Assembly: GCA_002245135.1 (NCBI GenBank)
Contig: NGBS01001172.1
Span: 1-64,000 of the forward strand
Reading direction: 5' to 3'
DNA: 64,000 bases
DNA from: Proteromonas lacertae
Taxonomy: Eukaryota
The position numbers and the translations under genes were made by a program. This document shows, piece after piece, positions 10,315 through 20,400 of the stretch; within the stretch, counting starts at the first letter, position 1, and each line of letters opens with the position of its first letter. The notes under the pieces were generated by a model that worked only from the letters and a program-made list of their open reading frames with translations, made no database searches and was not told the DNA's origin.

Positions 10315-13300
10315 TCACCACAACTCATTGAAATCATCATCATCCTCTTGATCCTTCGGTAGTATTGAGTAGTGCCCATAAGGCAATGTTCTAATGTGAT
10401 CGATAAAGTACCTCTTATCATCAAAGGGAGTGAAGACTCTCTTGGTGGTCTCTACGGTGTAGATGTGTTGATCGAGGACACGGAAGTTCCTAGTCTTACA
10501 ATTCATATCCTCCATGGGTAGCATGTTGAAGAGAGTCTTGAAGTAGACGTCAAAGTTCTTCTGTTCTCTTAAGGCTTTATTGAGTCCCTTTGCACGGCTA
10601 TCACATTCCACGTAGACGGAAGAAGCTTCACTCTTCTCGTAAGCATACATCTTTGGTTTAATCCCGACGAACTGAGTGATTGTATAAAGCTTACCATTCT
10701 TGTTCTCTTCACATTTCAATAAGTTCAATTTGCCAGTGTCCTTGTAATTGTCATAGACGATTCCTCTATCCCTTAAGATGTCAACGTTGAGATTGCCAGT
10801 GTCCATCATCCTCATGAACTGCTTATGCTTCATAATATCTCGATAGATGTCTTCAGTCTTACACTTATAAAGCAAGGAGTCGGTATCAGTCATAAGCAAC
10901 TTCAAGGAGGATCCATACAAGGGATAGAGAACATCATACCAGAACCTTTGCATCTTCAACTTCGATAAGCATAAGATTGATGTACCGAGGAAGATGGGCA
11001 TGTCAATGAAGCAGGCGGACTTATTGAAATAACATAATCGGAGATCTGGATCTTCTTCATCTAAGTTCTTGAAGGTATCGAACCAGTTGCTGCTAGCGTA
11101 CTTTTTAAAGGTCTTCTCGGAGCAGGCTATCTTGATGCTGGATCGTCGTTCCTTACGCTCACAGCTCTTACCATAGATGGAGATCAACAATAGCTTATAA
11201 GTATCACTATCGGCAGTACGATTGCTCTTCTTTGCATCTACTCGGTATCGGATCATATCATCCACAAAGGTCTTCATCAGAGGTTCTTCAGTGAACTCCA
11301 ACACACGATGGACACCTTGTATCTTATAACCTTGTTCAGCTGCATACTTAAGTGCCTGGTAATGGATTACGTAATTCTTCTTAGGGGTGAGATCGCAGAT
11401 CAACTTCTCGGTCTTTACCTTCATGTTCATCTTACCATCCTCTGTTGTTAGCACCAATCCATACTCTTGAGCTAATGCCTGCTGAGTCGGTGATAGCTGA
11501 TCGTAAGCGATTGTCTTTCGTTCTGGGAACAAAGGATACTCCTTGAACTTATCATGAAGCTCTCTCGGACACTCGATATCGACTTCGAGGAAGTATCCTT
11601 TACCTGGCTCCTTGAACTCCTTCATAGACATGTCATCGTAATAAGGCTTCGAGAGGATCTCTTGAATGACTTCATCGGTCGTGGCAATGAACTTGAAATC
11701 TCCACATGGTAACTTGCTGGAGGACATCGTGGATGGGTATAAGCTATTGTAGTCATTGTACATGATATAAGTAGAAGGCTCCGATGGATCGTAGTTGTTC
11801 TGATACTTGTTGTTACTAGTGCTATACTTTTCACTTCCCATAGATGAGATACCTCCGTAAAGGCCAGCTATGAAGAAGTCGTAGATGTCTTCCTCGGAGA
11901 TCAAGGGGATGCTGATGTGCTCATGCTGGAGGAATGCATCCCATGATAAACTAGAACCAGAGATGTACCAGGCTGGATCTAACTGGAACCCTCCGAGGAT
12001 AACATTACGGAAGTTCTCAAAGACACTTGCTAGGATGCCAACATCGACGGCTAAGTAAAGCATGTTGTAATCACCTAAGGACTGACACTTGAACTTCTTA
12101 AACACTTCACAGGCAAAGTTGTACTCCTCCTCATTGATTCCTTTCATATTGAGCTCTGAGTAGAAAGCTTCTTGTGGTAACTCTGGGTCATCGTACTTGG
12201 CTAAGTCATCACAATACTCATAAGGGAAGTAGTTCTTCTGCATGAGGTAAGTCTTGATCATCTCTTCATCATATCCCTTGATCTGGTTCATCACGTAGAA
12301 CACCGGGGCAAAGTACTTCTTGAAGTCCCCGGACTGGACTGCTTGACGATGTAAGCACTCTGTAAGAGACTGTAAGCTAGAGGACATGAAGCAGTAGCTA
12401 TCAATGAAGGACAATCGTAAGGTTGATATGCTAAGGAACTTCTCATCGGACTTTGGTATCACGTCTACTTGGCATCTCTTAGCTAACTCTCGTAGGATGA
12501 ACGCCTGATCGTAGTTCTTAGCATTGTGGGCTATCACCGGGATTCTCATATAAGCAATCTGGCAAGCGGTGTTACAGGAATTGCATAAGGCTGCGATGTA
12601 CTTACCGGTGAAGTGATCATGATGTCTTACCTTATAGTTCTCCTTGGTAAACAACTCACCGCAGAAGGCACAGTTAGTTGCTTCATTAAAAGCTACCTGA
12701 TCATCCTTAGTTACTCTCATCACCTTTGGCTTATCACTGATCTCTCGATAATAGTCCTCAATCAACTCTCCGATCAATAGGAACTGACTCACTAGCTCTT
12801 CTTCTAAGTTCTGATCGGGACTTGTCTTCTTGCCTTCAATGCACCTTGAAGGGAAGTCATCGACTCTACTCCACACAAGGATATGGTAACTATATAATAC
12901 GTGAAGGGACTTCTTGGACTCCTCAGTCTTGCTTTCGTTTAAGGCATTACCATCTGCATCAACGTGGGATACCTTCTTGAAATAGACCTCTGTATCGTAG
13001 TAGATGACAATGGGGATGTATTGCATGTTCTTATAGTGCTTAAAGAAGCAATGGCTCTTCTCATAATCGTTTGAGTCAGGGAACTCTCTCTTGATACGGT
13101 ACTTGATAAGCTTCTGGCAGGGATAACTTTGATGAGTAAGGAACTGCCGGAAGGAAGTTGTTCCCGAGCAACAGTAAGGGCAACAAAAGTAAGTGTTGTG
13201 GTTCTTCTTACCGGTGTCTTTGGAGTACGATCTCTTCATAAGGGCGCTGAGACTCTTGACTAACCAGAAGTGACCTTCATGATAGAATAGATTCACATGG

Positions 13301-14208
13301 GGGTAGTTTAAGTGCTTATCGATCTTCGGTAAGTAGATTGGAGCTACGCAATGGATATGGTTCTTCTCCTTCTTTGACTCCTCATTGATGATCTTAAGAC
13401 CGAAGATGGAGATGGTAAGGTGGTTCTTCTCCTGGAACTGTTGAATCTTGTTATGATGGAAGTCTAAGTCCATTGGGTAGGTTAACATGCTATCATCGAC
13501 CATGGATAGGAAGGGTTCATATTGCTTCGGACGATTAGGATTAGTACCACAGGAAGGTTTTAAGAACATCACGATGCAGTAAAGGAAGCATCGATCGTCA
13601 GTGTTCTTTACTGTACAACAACACTTCTTATTAGCAATAAACTCAGGCAACTTCGGGATCCTACAACATCTATCAAAGACTGCTAGCTTTACTTTGACCC
13701 CATCTATCGTCTTGAAGATCATCCCTGACTTCTCTTGAGCTAAGTCCTTATTGAGCTTATCATGAATCGCTGCTTGGAATAGATCCTGGATGCTCTTCCT
13801 ATCGATGAAGTTGTTGATTGGGAATGTATCGCACTTGACAGTATAGATCTTGTTGGTGCCTGCGGTCTCTTCGAAGGTACAAATCAACGTGATGCTTACT
13901 TTGAGGTTCACATGAGCAGTCAGTATCTGCTCCAATCTTTCGTAGAATGGTTCATTGCCATAGCATAGTTGATTGACGAAGGCTTCTGGATTATCTCTTA
14001 AGGTCATCTGAGGAGTCTCCATCTGGATTACCCTAGAGTACTCCATGGAAGATAACTCCTTCTCATGCATGTTGAAAACTCTCTGATCCATAGGTAATGC
14101 TCTTGGATCATTAACCATCGGTGGAACTACTGCGCGATCTCTTCTCGGGCTCCTTGAAGTCCTTTGCTTCTTTGCTGGAGTATTATCGCTAGGTAATGAT
14201 CTCTTCAT
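10315..14208 (-). CDS. Protein-primed DNA polymerase B (1297 aa) with OTU-like protease region, Zn finger and endonuclease VII-like domain
   Basis: DDRCFLY...GHFWLV, CPYC...H...C, ExoI YYDTE, CAFC...HHDHFTGKYIAALCNSCN, ExoII HNAKNYD, PolA NDYNSLYP, PolB KLLLISIYGK, PolC MTDTDS, KPKMY. Confidence 0.95.
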   Translation of the reverse strand: MKRSLPSDNTPAKKQRTSRSPRRDRAVVPPMVNDPRALPMDQRVFNMHEKELSSMEYSRVIQMETPQMTLRDNPEAFVNQLCYGNEPFYERLEQILTAHVNLKVSITLICTFEETAGTNKIYTVKCDTFPINNFIDRKSIQDLFQAAIHDKLNKDLAQEKSGMIFKTIDGVKVKLAVFDRCCRIPKLPEFIANKKCCCTVKNTDDRCFLYCIVMFLKPSCGTNPNRPKQYEPFLSMVDDSMLTYPMDLDFHHNKIQQFQEKNHLTISIFGLKIINEESKKEKNHIHCVAPIYLPKIDKHLNYPHVNLFYHEGHFWLVKSLSALMKRSYSKDTGKKNHNTYFCCPYCCSGTTSFRQFLTHQSYPCQKLIKYRIKREFPDSNDYEKSHCFFKHYKNMQYIPIVIYYDTEVYFKKVSHVDADGNALNESKTEESKKSLHVLYSYHILVWSRVDDFPSRCIEGKKTSPDQNLEEELVSQFLLIGELIEDYYREISDKPKVMRVTKDDQVAFNEATNCAFCGELFTKENYKVRHHDHFTGKYIAALCNSCNTACQIAYMRIPVIAHNAKNYDQAFILRELAKRCQVDVIPKSDEKFLSISTLRLSFIDSYCFMSSSLQSLTECLHRQAVQSGDFKKYFAPVFYVMNQIKGYDEEMIKTYLMQKNYFPYEYCDDLAKYDDPELPQEAFYSELNMKGINEEEYNFACEVFKKFKCQSLGDYNMLYLAVDVGILASVFENFRNVILGGFQLDPAWYISGSSLSWDAFLQHEHISIPLISEEDIYDFFIAGLYGGISSMGSEKYSTSNNKYQNNYDPSEPSTYIMYNDYNSLYPSTMSSSKLPCGDFKFIATTDEVIQEILSKPYYDDMSMKEFKEPGKGYFLEVDIECPRELHDKFKEYPLFPERKTIAYDQLSPTQQALAQEYGLVLTTEDGKMNMKVKTEKLICDLTPKKNYVIHYQALKYAAEQGYKIQGVHRVLEFTEEPLMKTFVDDMIRYRVDAKKSNRTADSDTYKLLLISIYGKSCERKERRSSIKIACSEKTFKKYASSNWFDTFKNLDEEDPDLRLCYFNKSACFIDMPIFLGTSILCLSKLKMQRFWYDVLYPLYGSSLKLLMTDTDSLLYKCKTEDIYRDIMKHKQFMRMMDTGNLNVDILRDRGIVYDNYKDTGKLNLLKCEENKNGKLYTITQFVGIKPKMYAYEKSEASSVYVECDSRAKGLNKALREQKNFDVYFKTLFNMLPMEDMNCKTRNFRVLDQHIYTVETTKRVFTPFDDKRYFIDHIRTLPYGHYSILPKDQEDDDDFNELW

Positions 14209-14415
14209 ACTTCCTGAGAAGTACTTGGAAATTAAAAACTGATAGCTACCAGGTGTTTCACTTCACGTAGAATCCGATCATAGACTTCTCCGATGATTCC
14301 AATCATGAACTTTTCCGAGGTCTTCTAACTTCACTTCTTCTTCTTCTTCTTCGTTTGCTCCTTTATGTTATCTTGATCACAGCCAGCACAACAGTTGCTT
14401 ATTATGACTTAGCGT

Positions 14416-15255
14416 TTAATGATTAAGTTCTGGTCTCTTTGAGCTAGGCGATTCTACATCCTCGGAGGAGCTTCTGCTTCTCTTGGTGACTATGTCCTCA
14501 TCTTCCTTGGGTGTTGATGTTAGCTTACAGGTGACTTGCCCTTGTAATTCCTCCGACCTCACGGGGTTATTAACTACTGATAATGCTTCTGAGATTAAAG
14601 TCTCCAGCTTCATGTCCTTTGAGGTCTCTTCCTTGGTGCTGTTGAACTCTTCCAGTTGTTCTTGCTCCTTCATTTCACTAACAATCTTGCTAGCATCCTT
14701 CATCAACTCATCAGAGTCTTCCTCCATGAAGTGGTTCTCTTTTTTGTTGTGGTTCTCCCAGTGATAGTAATCATACATCTCAGCATAGTCCTCGACCTTG
14801 ATCTTGAACTCCAGGAGATTGCTTAAGTACTTTGCAGTGAAATACTTTAAGTTGATCATCCCATCGTAGAATCTCTTATACTTCTCCGAGCATCGATAGT
14901 TGGGCTCTTGGATCGCCTTCAATGTTGATCGGAGCTTCAACACGTTCCTTATAATGCTCTTCACTTGAGTTAAGCACCATGATGGAGTATGCCTAGCTTC
15001 GATGCACTCTTCAACAACCTTTACCTCCTTGAGCTCTTCGATGAACTGAGATATTGTCAGCTCCTTGAGATCCTCCAAAAGAAGTAGTTCCGGTACTTCT
15101 TCTATCAGTTCGGGACTGTTTCGGTATTGAGTTATCAGCTCCTTGATCTTCGCTTGACATTTCTTAAAGGCCTTACGGGATCGTGTGTATAAGCCATAGA
15201 TATTAAACCTGCTAAGGTACTGCTCTAGCATCGGTCTCTTGATTGTCCTGTTCAT
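14416..15255 (-). CDS. Orphan protein of the inner element (279 aa), helical with acidic tail and NLS-like C-terminus
   Basis: Intact ATG-started ORF ending ...KRSRSSSEDVESPSSKRPELNH. Confidence 0.7.
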   Translation of the reverse strand: MNRTIKRPMLEQYLSRFNIYGLYTRSRKAFKKCQAKIKELITQYRNSPELIEEVPELLLLEDLKELTISQFIEELKEVKVVEECIEARHTPSWCLTQVKSIIRNVLKLRSTLKAIQEPNYRCSEKYKRFYDGMINLKYFTAKYLSNLLEFKIKVEDYAEMYDYYHWENHNKKENHFMEEDSDELMKDASKIVSEMKEQEQLEEFNSTKEETSKDMKLETLISEALSVVNNPVRSEELQGQVTCKLTSTPKEDEDIVTKRSRSSSEDVESPSSKRPELNH

Positions 15256-15312
15256 GAAGTTAGGAACATCATAGGGAGTAAGCTGGATGAATCTTCCCTT
15301 GATTGATCTTGC

Positions 15313-16038
15313 TTAGAAAGCATCTCGCATATTACCATCCTTATCGAATAAACCAATGTCAACCAAGTACAGGTAGTTCTCTTCATCATACTTATCGCTT
15401 ACCGAGGGTCTGTGAACTTTATAAAACACCTGGCCACGTTCACTCCGTTCAAAGAAGTAATCCAGGCATGACAACTGTTCTATCGGGTAAGGAGCTCTAT
15501 AATCCTTCGGGTTGAACCTACTTGAGTCTGGTTTATATCGGGAATATGCATCCTTTAAGATTTTAAGATGGCAATAACTCCAGTCGATGAAACTATCGTA
15601 GATCATTATCGTCCATCTCCTTGCAACTTTAATTGCCTTGTAGTTGGGGTTATTGATAAAGTGTCTTGATTGCCATAAAGGAATGATTGAAGAGTAGCTT
15701 ATCGGAGGTATCCATCCACAGTCCTTCAGATCTGGATCATCGATAGAAGTCTTGCTCCATGTTATCAACTCACGATAGCTAGCAGTGAACTCCAGATACT
15801 TGCTTAGATCCAGTGCAAGAGTCTCTAAGGTGTTGATTTCATCGGCTGGTTGTTTAGACTCCTTGAACTTCCCCAAGGTGTAATCAACTACGTCCTTATA
15901 GTCCTTTACTGCATCTCGTACTCCTTCAAAGAGCTCCATCTTCTTATCCCAGTAGCTATTGAACATCTCCTGAGTAAGGTTACTCTTGTCATCTCCATGA
16001 TGCTCAGCCACGACTCTAAAGGGATTGTAAGGTTGCAT
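15313..16038 (-). CDS. Orphan protein of the inner element (241 aa)
   Basis: Intact ATG-started ORF, aromatic-rich, no motif I recognise. Confidence 0.7.
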   Translation of the reverse strand: MQPYNPFRVVAEHHGDDKSNLTQEMFNSYWDKKMELFEGVRDAVKDYKDVVDYTLGKFKESKQPADEINTLETLALDLSKYLEFTASYRELITWSKTSIDDPDLKDCGWIPPISYSSIIPLWQSRHFINNPNYKAIKVARRWTIMIYDSFIDWSYCHLKILKDAYSRYKPDSSRFNPKDYRAPYPIEQLSCLDYFFERSERGQVFYKVHRPSVSDKYDEENYLYLVDIGLFDKDGNMRDAF

Positions 16039-16247
16039 AATTATTATTGCTGTATGCTTAGATCGATAGGAATTGCTGGAATATTGAACTCATCGGAGAT
16101 TGTTAAGAAGGTCTTTACAATTGTTAACTCTAGAGATTCCCTTTTGAGTTTCCACGATTACCTGAAGTAGCTTACCTTGAAGGCTTAGAATGGTATTGAA
16201 ATTTACTCAGTCAACAATCTGTGGAAGTTCCATGGCTTTGTCAGGAG

Positions 16248-16279
16248 GTTCCTCCTTGAGTTACAACTCAAGGAGGAAC
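16248..16279. repeat. Perfect 15-bp inverted repeat
   Basis: GTTCCTCCTTGAGTT-AC-AACTCAAGGAGGAAC. Confidence 0.85.
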
Positions 16280-16454
16280 ATTCCCTTCCTTGTTAGGATA
16301 GATGATAATTGAATGTTACCTAGTTGATTAACAAGGACGATTAGACCTACCTCTAGGAAGCTCCCGAGAATGCTTACGATGATCTTCAAGGCCTTGAGAA
16401 AATCCAGTACTAACCAGAACCTCCAGTTGTAAAGTCACTGATTAATAGAAGAAC

Positions 16455-16569
16455 CATCAAGACCTTCCCAGATACGTCCAGCCGTGCATGACTGCGTCAG
16501 GGAATCTCCCATCGTGGGAGATTCCCTTCCTTGCCAACACGGCTGTTCTTCTCGGGAAGGTCTTGGATG
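16455..16569. repeat. Interrupted long palindrome
   Basis: Nested arms CAAGACCTTCCC/GGGAAGGTCTTG, CAGCCGTG/CACGGCTG and core AGGGAATCTCCCA-TCG-TGGGAGATTCCCT. Confidence 0.8.
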
Positions 16570-16826
16570 AACTTATCTAGGAGAGTTATAAGGATGATAA
16601 AACATACCTTCAGAAGCCTTCCGAGATTGCTAATCATTATCTTCAAGGGCCTTGAGAAATCCACAACTTGCTAGAACCTCCCGGAGTTACCATTTGGTAA
16701 CTTGTTAACAATTGTTAACTTGTTACCAATTGTTAACTCCCGGTTCCACGATTGGTTTCCACGGTTCAATTAAAAGCCCTTACAAGGTCACCAGCGTAGC
16801 AAGGAGAGTCAAGAGCGTGATTAGAA

Positions 16827-17222
16827 TCATCACCTCGAGGTAACCAACACTTCTAGATAGCTTCCAGGAGTACCCGTAGGAGATCGTCTCATAGATAGGT
16901 ATAGGTAGGTATAGGTAGGTATAGAAATAGCTTAGAGGAGTCCCCGTAGGGAAGTAGACCCCGTTGAGAAGTAGACCCTGTTGGGAGGAATCCCGTAGGA
17001 ACCTTACGTAAATGGGACTATGGTACAATATGCCAGAGTCCTAACGAGTTTTCTAGGGGTCCGTCCCCTTCTAGATTCAGAGTTGACCTTTACGGGAGCT
17101 TCATCGATGCAATCGATGAAGCTCCCGTAAAAGTCAACTCTGAATCTAGAAAGGGACGGACCCCTAGAAAACTCGTTAGGACTCTGGCATAATGTGCCAG
17201 AGTCCCATTTATATACTATATA
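16827..17222. repeat. Right TIR (396 bp)
   Basis: Inverted copy of 9221-9382 plus a 70-bp segment with TAGG/TATAGG micro-repeats and a 164-bp palindromic segment. Confidence 0.85.
17009..17211. repeat. 203-bp subterminal palindrome (100-bp arms, GCA loop, 5 mismatches)
   Basis: 17009-17108 is the reverse complement of 17112-17211, checked base by base. Confidence 0.95.
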
Positions 17223-17228
17223 TTGGTA
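17223..17228 (+). repeat. Right 6-bp target-site duplication TTGGTA
   Basis: Identical to 9215-9220. Confidence 0.85.
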
Positions 17229-17467
17229 AGTGAAAAGCACAACGAAAGGCACAAAACACGAAAGTGAAGTGCTTTTCCGAACCAAAGGTTATTGAGAGAA
17301 ATTAATTTAAAGTAAAAAAGAAACTTAGAAAAATTCTCATGTATTGTCATGAAATCAATCATCATCTCAACAACTACTAAAACAACAATTGTAATTATTA
17401 ATTAATTATAATAATAACAGTTGTAGGCATTTTATGTCTAATAGTTGGTATAAATCACATAATCATA

Positions 17468-20400
17468 TTATTTCGATATTTTTTTAATAACATAGTTTCT
17501 TAAATCTTCATATTCAACTTTTATTATTCTTTTTTTTAGAACTGCTTTATCATATAATTGCTTTTTTTCATCATCAGTTAAATCGTTCTTTGTTAATTTT
17601 TGAAAAATATCTGGATATATTTTTGTTACTCTAGGTACTTTTTCAAGATCAACATTTTCTTTTGGACTTATTATAAGGTAACCAAAATCTAAATTTAAAT
17701 CAACTATAGTATAATCTTTACCTTTATCATATCCATGTTCATAAATCAAGTACAAATTCTGTAGAATCATTGTCATTTCAGGTGCATATGAATGTTCTTT
17801 ACTAACAGTAATTTGAATACCAAACGGTCCAATTAATGCATCAATATCAGGGAAATTTTTATCATAACTGAAGTCAATAAAATGATATTTATTTTCATCA
17901 TGATATTCTTTGAAAAGTAAAATTTCATTTTTTAACTGTTCATGATTATTTACAGGCTTTGCAATAACTGTATTATCAGAATAGAAACTACTATTTAATC
18001 TCTCAATTTCATTAACTATATCTGCTCTAAAATCATCAGATTTTTTCATTAAAAATAATATTATTATCTCATATAAATTTCCAACAAAAGCTCCAATTCG
18101 ATTTTCATATAATAAATTTATCATTTCGTTACATTCTACGAATGAACTAATATTTAACAGTTTATTACATGCAATGCTTCTTACTGTATCAGATATAAAT
18201 CGAAGATTACCAGATTCAGTAACATCATTTTCATCTGTTTCATATATAAGTATATTTTGATAAACTTCCTTTGATATAGATGATATATTTATGCCTTTTA
18301 TCATATTCTCAATCATCACTTTGTTCACTTTATTTATTTCACGCGTACATTTATTTTGATCATCTTTATATTTTCCAATTATACCACCATAATATTCATA
18401 GTTATTGAGATATTCATCCAATTTCATTTTTAATCTTTTATCTATTTCAACATTTGATATTTTTTCTATTTCATCATATTTAATAATTTTTCTATTAGAT
18501 TTGATTAGTGCTGGATGTTTCAATTTTACTACTTTTTCTACTTCTTCTATTGTAAATGGGGGTATATACATCACCAAAGGGCATCTTTTGTTTTGAAAAG
18601 TCTTAAAATTTTTATCACAAGGATTAGCTAACACTATTATCATTTGTGCATCTGCAAAATCATCTTCTCCTATAGCAACTCCATCAGAAACAACAATATA
18701 TGGATAATATGGATAATCTTTTTCATTCTTATAATAATTAGACTCACTATTATTGCATTTTCCATTTATATATTTGTAATGTATTCGAATATCTTTATTC
18801 TTTTCATGAATTTGGTTTATAATAATTTCCGCTAATTCAGATTTACCTATTCTTTCTTGGCCAAATATCAGAATATTTTTTTGATTTTTATCATTCATTG
18901 GATAAATAAAATCTATTATATTACCAAAACATTTTCTCATTAATAACAATTTTTTACCATTGTCATATACATCAAATGTTTCTTCTATTGTTGTTCTTTG
19001 TTGCTCTTGTACTTCTGTTGTTAATGCTGCTGTAGCTGTTGCTATCGGTGGTATTGCTGGTGCTATTGGTAGTGGTGCTGTAGCTGTTGCAAGTTTAATC
19101 TTAAAGTTTGTATCATATTCATATACTCTGTATTGTTTTATTACACAATATGTAAATTCACCACTTTCAATCTCACTGTATTCCTATTTTATTATAAATA
19201 TTATACAGATTCATACTTTTATAGATTTTTCTATTCTATTTCTATCTCTATCAAACAGGTCATCATCTAATAAGACTTTTATAAATATTCCATCCATTAT
19301 CAAATCAAAGTAATTATTTTCATCCAATATGTAATAAACAAAATGTAATGCATTTGGAGGATAATGAACATAGACTGGGTTTTCATAGTTTAATTTGAAA
19401 TTTAGATTACTGTTAATTGGAATGCTTATAGTATCTGTATACGTCAACTTCATCATTTCGGTGCTTAATTGATATGCTATAATCTGTTTTAATGCCATTT
19501 TTTTTACATATATATCATCATCATCAATTGAATTATACTTATCTTTTAAACGTTCATAATCATTAATATCTGTTGGTGGATAGAATTTAAAAACAATGTA
19601 ATTTTCAACATCATCAGAAATGAATTTTAAATGATCTTTTGGTTTTAATATATAATGATCTAATTCATCATTCCATTCTGATATAAAATCATATTTTAAT
19701 ATAATATTGGATAAGTCATTATTCTTCAAGTTGTTTCTATACATATAATTATCTACAAAGTTATTATAACCAGTTGTTCCTACTACACTGTCTATCAACT
19801 GCTTATAATATTTCCAGTAATTTCTACAGCTACCAAAGTTTTCTTTGTATAAATAGTGATAATAAATCTGTCGCGGTATATTACCATATTTTCTACATAT
19901 TCCTTCAAATTCCTTTAAACTAGTATAATTACTATTAATGCACTCTTTAAACCATTCAATTATTTCTGTATCATTTAATGAATTAAAATATAATTCTATA
20001 CATTTTTCATCATCATCAGTATAATAATCATTGTTTTGCTCATCAGGTGAACTGATGGATATAATTATGTTACCAGAACCAAATTTAGCATTAAAAGTGT
20101 CAACTATTATTATCGAATCATTAATATCACGTTCTTCTATATCATCAATTTCTATGAGATGACAATTTGTAAATAAATATTTCTTCCTATCACCAGAAGC
20201 GTCATTCTTCTTCCCTTTTACTACGTAAATATCTTTAACAGTTTTATTCTCTCTTCTCCATACTTTATCATCTAAAATATAATAATTGAATCCAAACTTT
20301 CTCATTTCATCATAATCTAGCGGTAATGAACTTTTTGTTTCTGTATCTTCTTCAATTTTTCTCATTTTTTCTGAAATTTTTGTACATGAACTATTCATTT

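Larger units (their letters stand above)
9221..17222 (-). mobile_element. Complete 8,002-bp pPolB-encoding element with TIRs, lacking integrase and capsid genes
   Basis: Perfect 28-bp terminal inverted match (TATATAGTATATAAATGGGACTCTGGCA), longer imperfect TIR, 6-bp TSD, visibly higher GC than both flanks, four co-oriented ORFs. Confidence 0.9.

Noticed and set aside
1..17222. Capsid, packaging ATPase or adenain protease genes
   Set aside because: No Walker A motif, jelly-roll-like ORF or adenain-type protease ORF was recognised; the outer element may carry them left of the window.
16780..17285. Tracked ORFs 16780-17028 and 17004-17285
   Set aside because: They overlap the TIR and palindrome, one crosses the element boundary, and they read as translated repeats.
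17373..17378. ACTACT as the right terminus of the outer Maverick
   Set aside because: Only a 6-nt match to a common Polinton end, and the left end and TSD are outside the window, so it cannot be tested.
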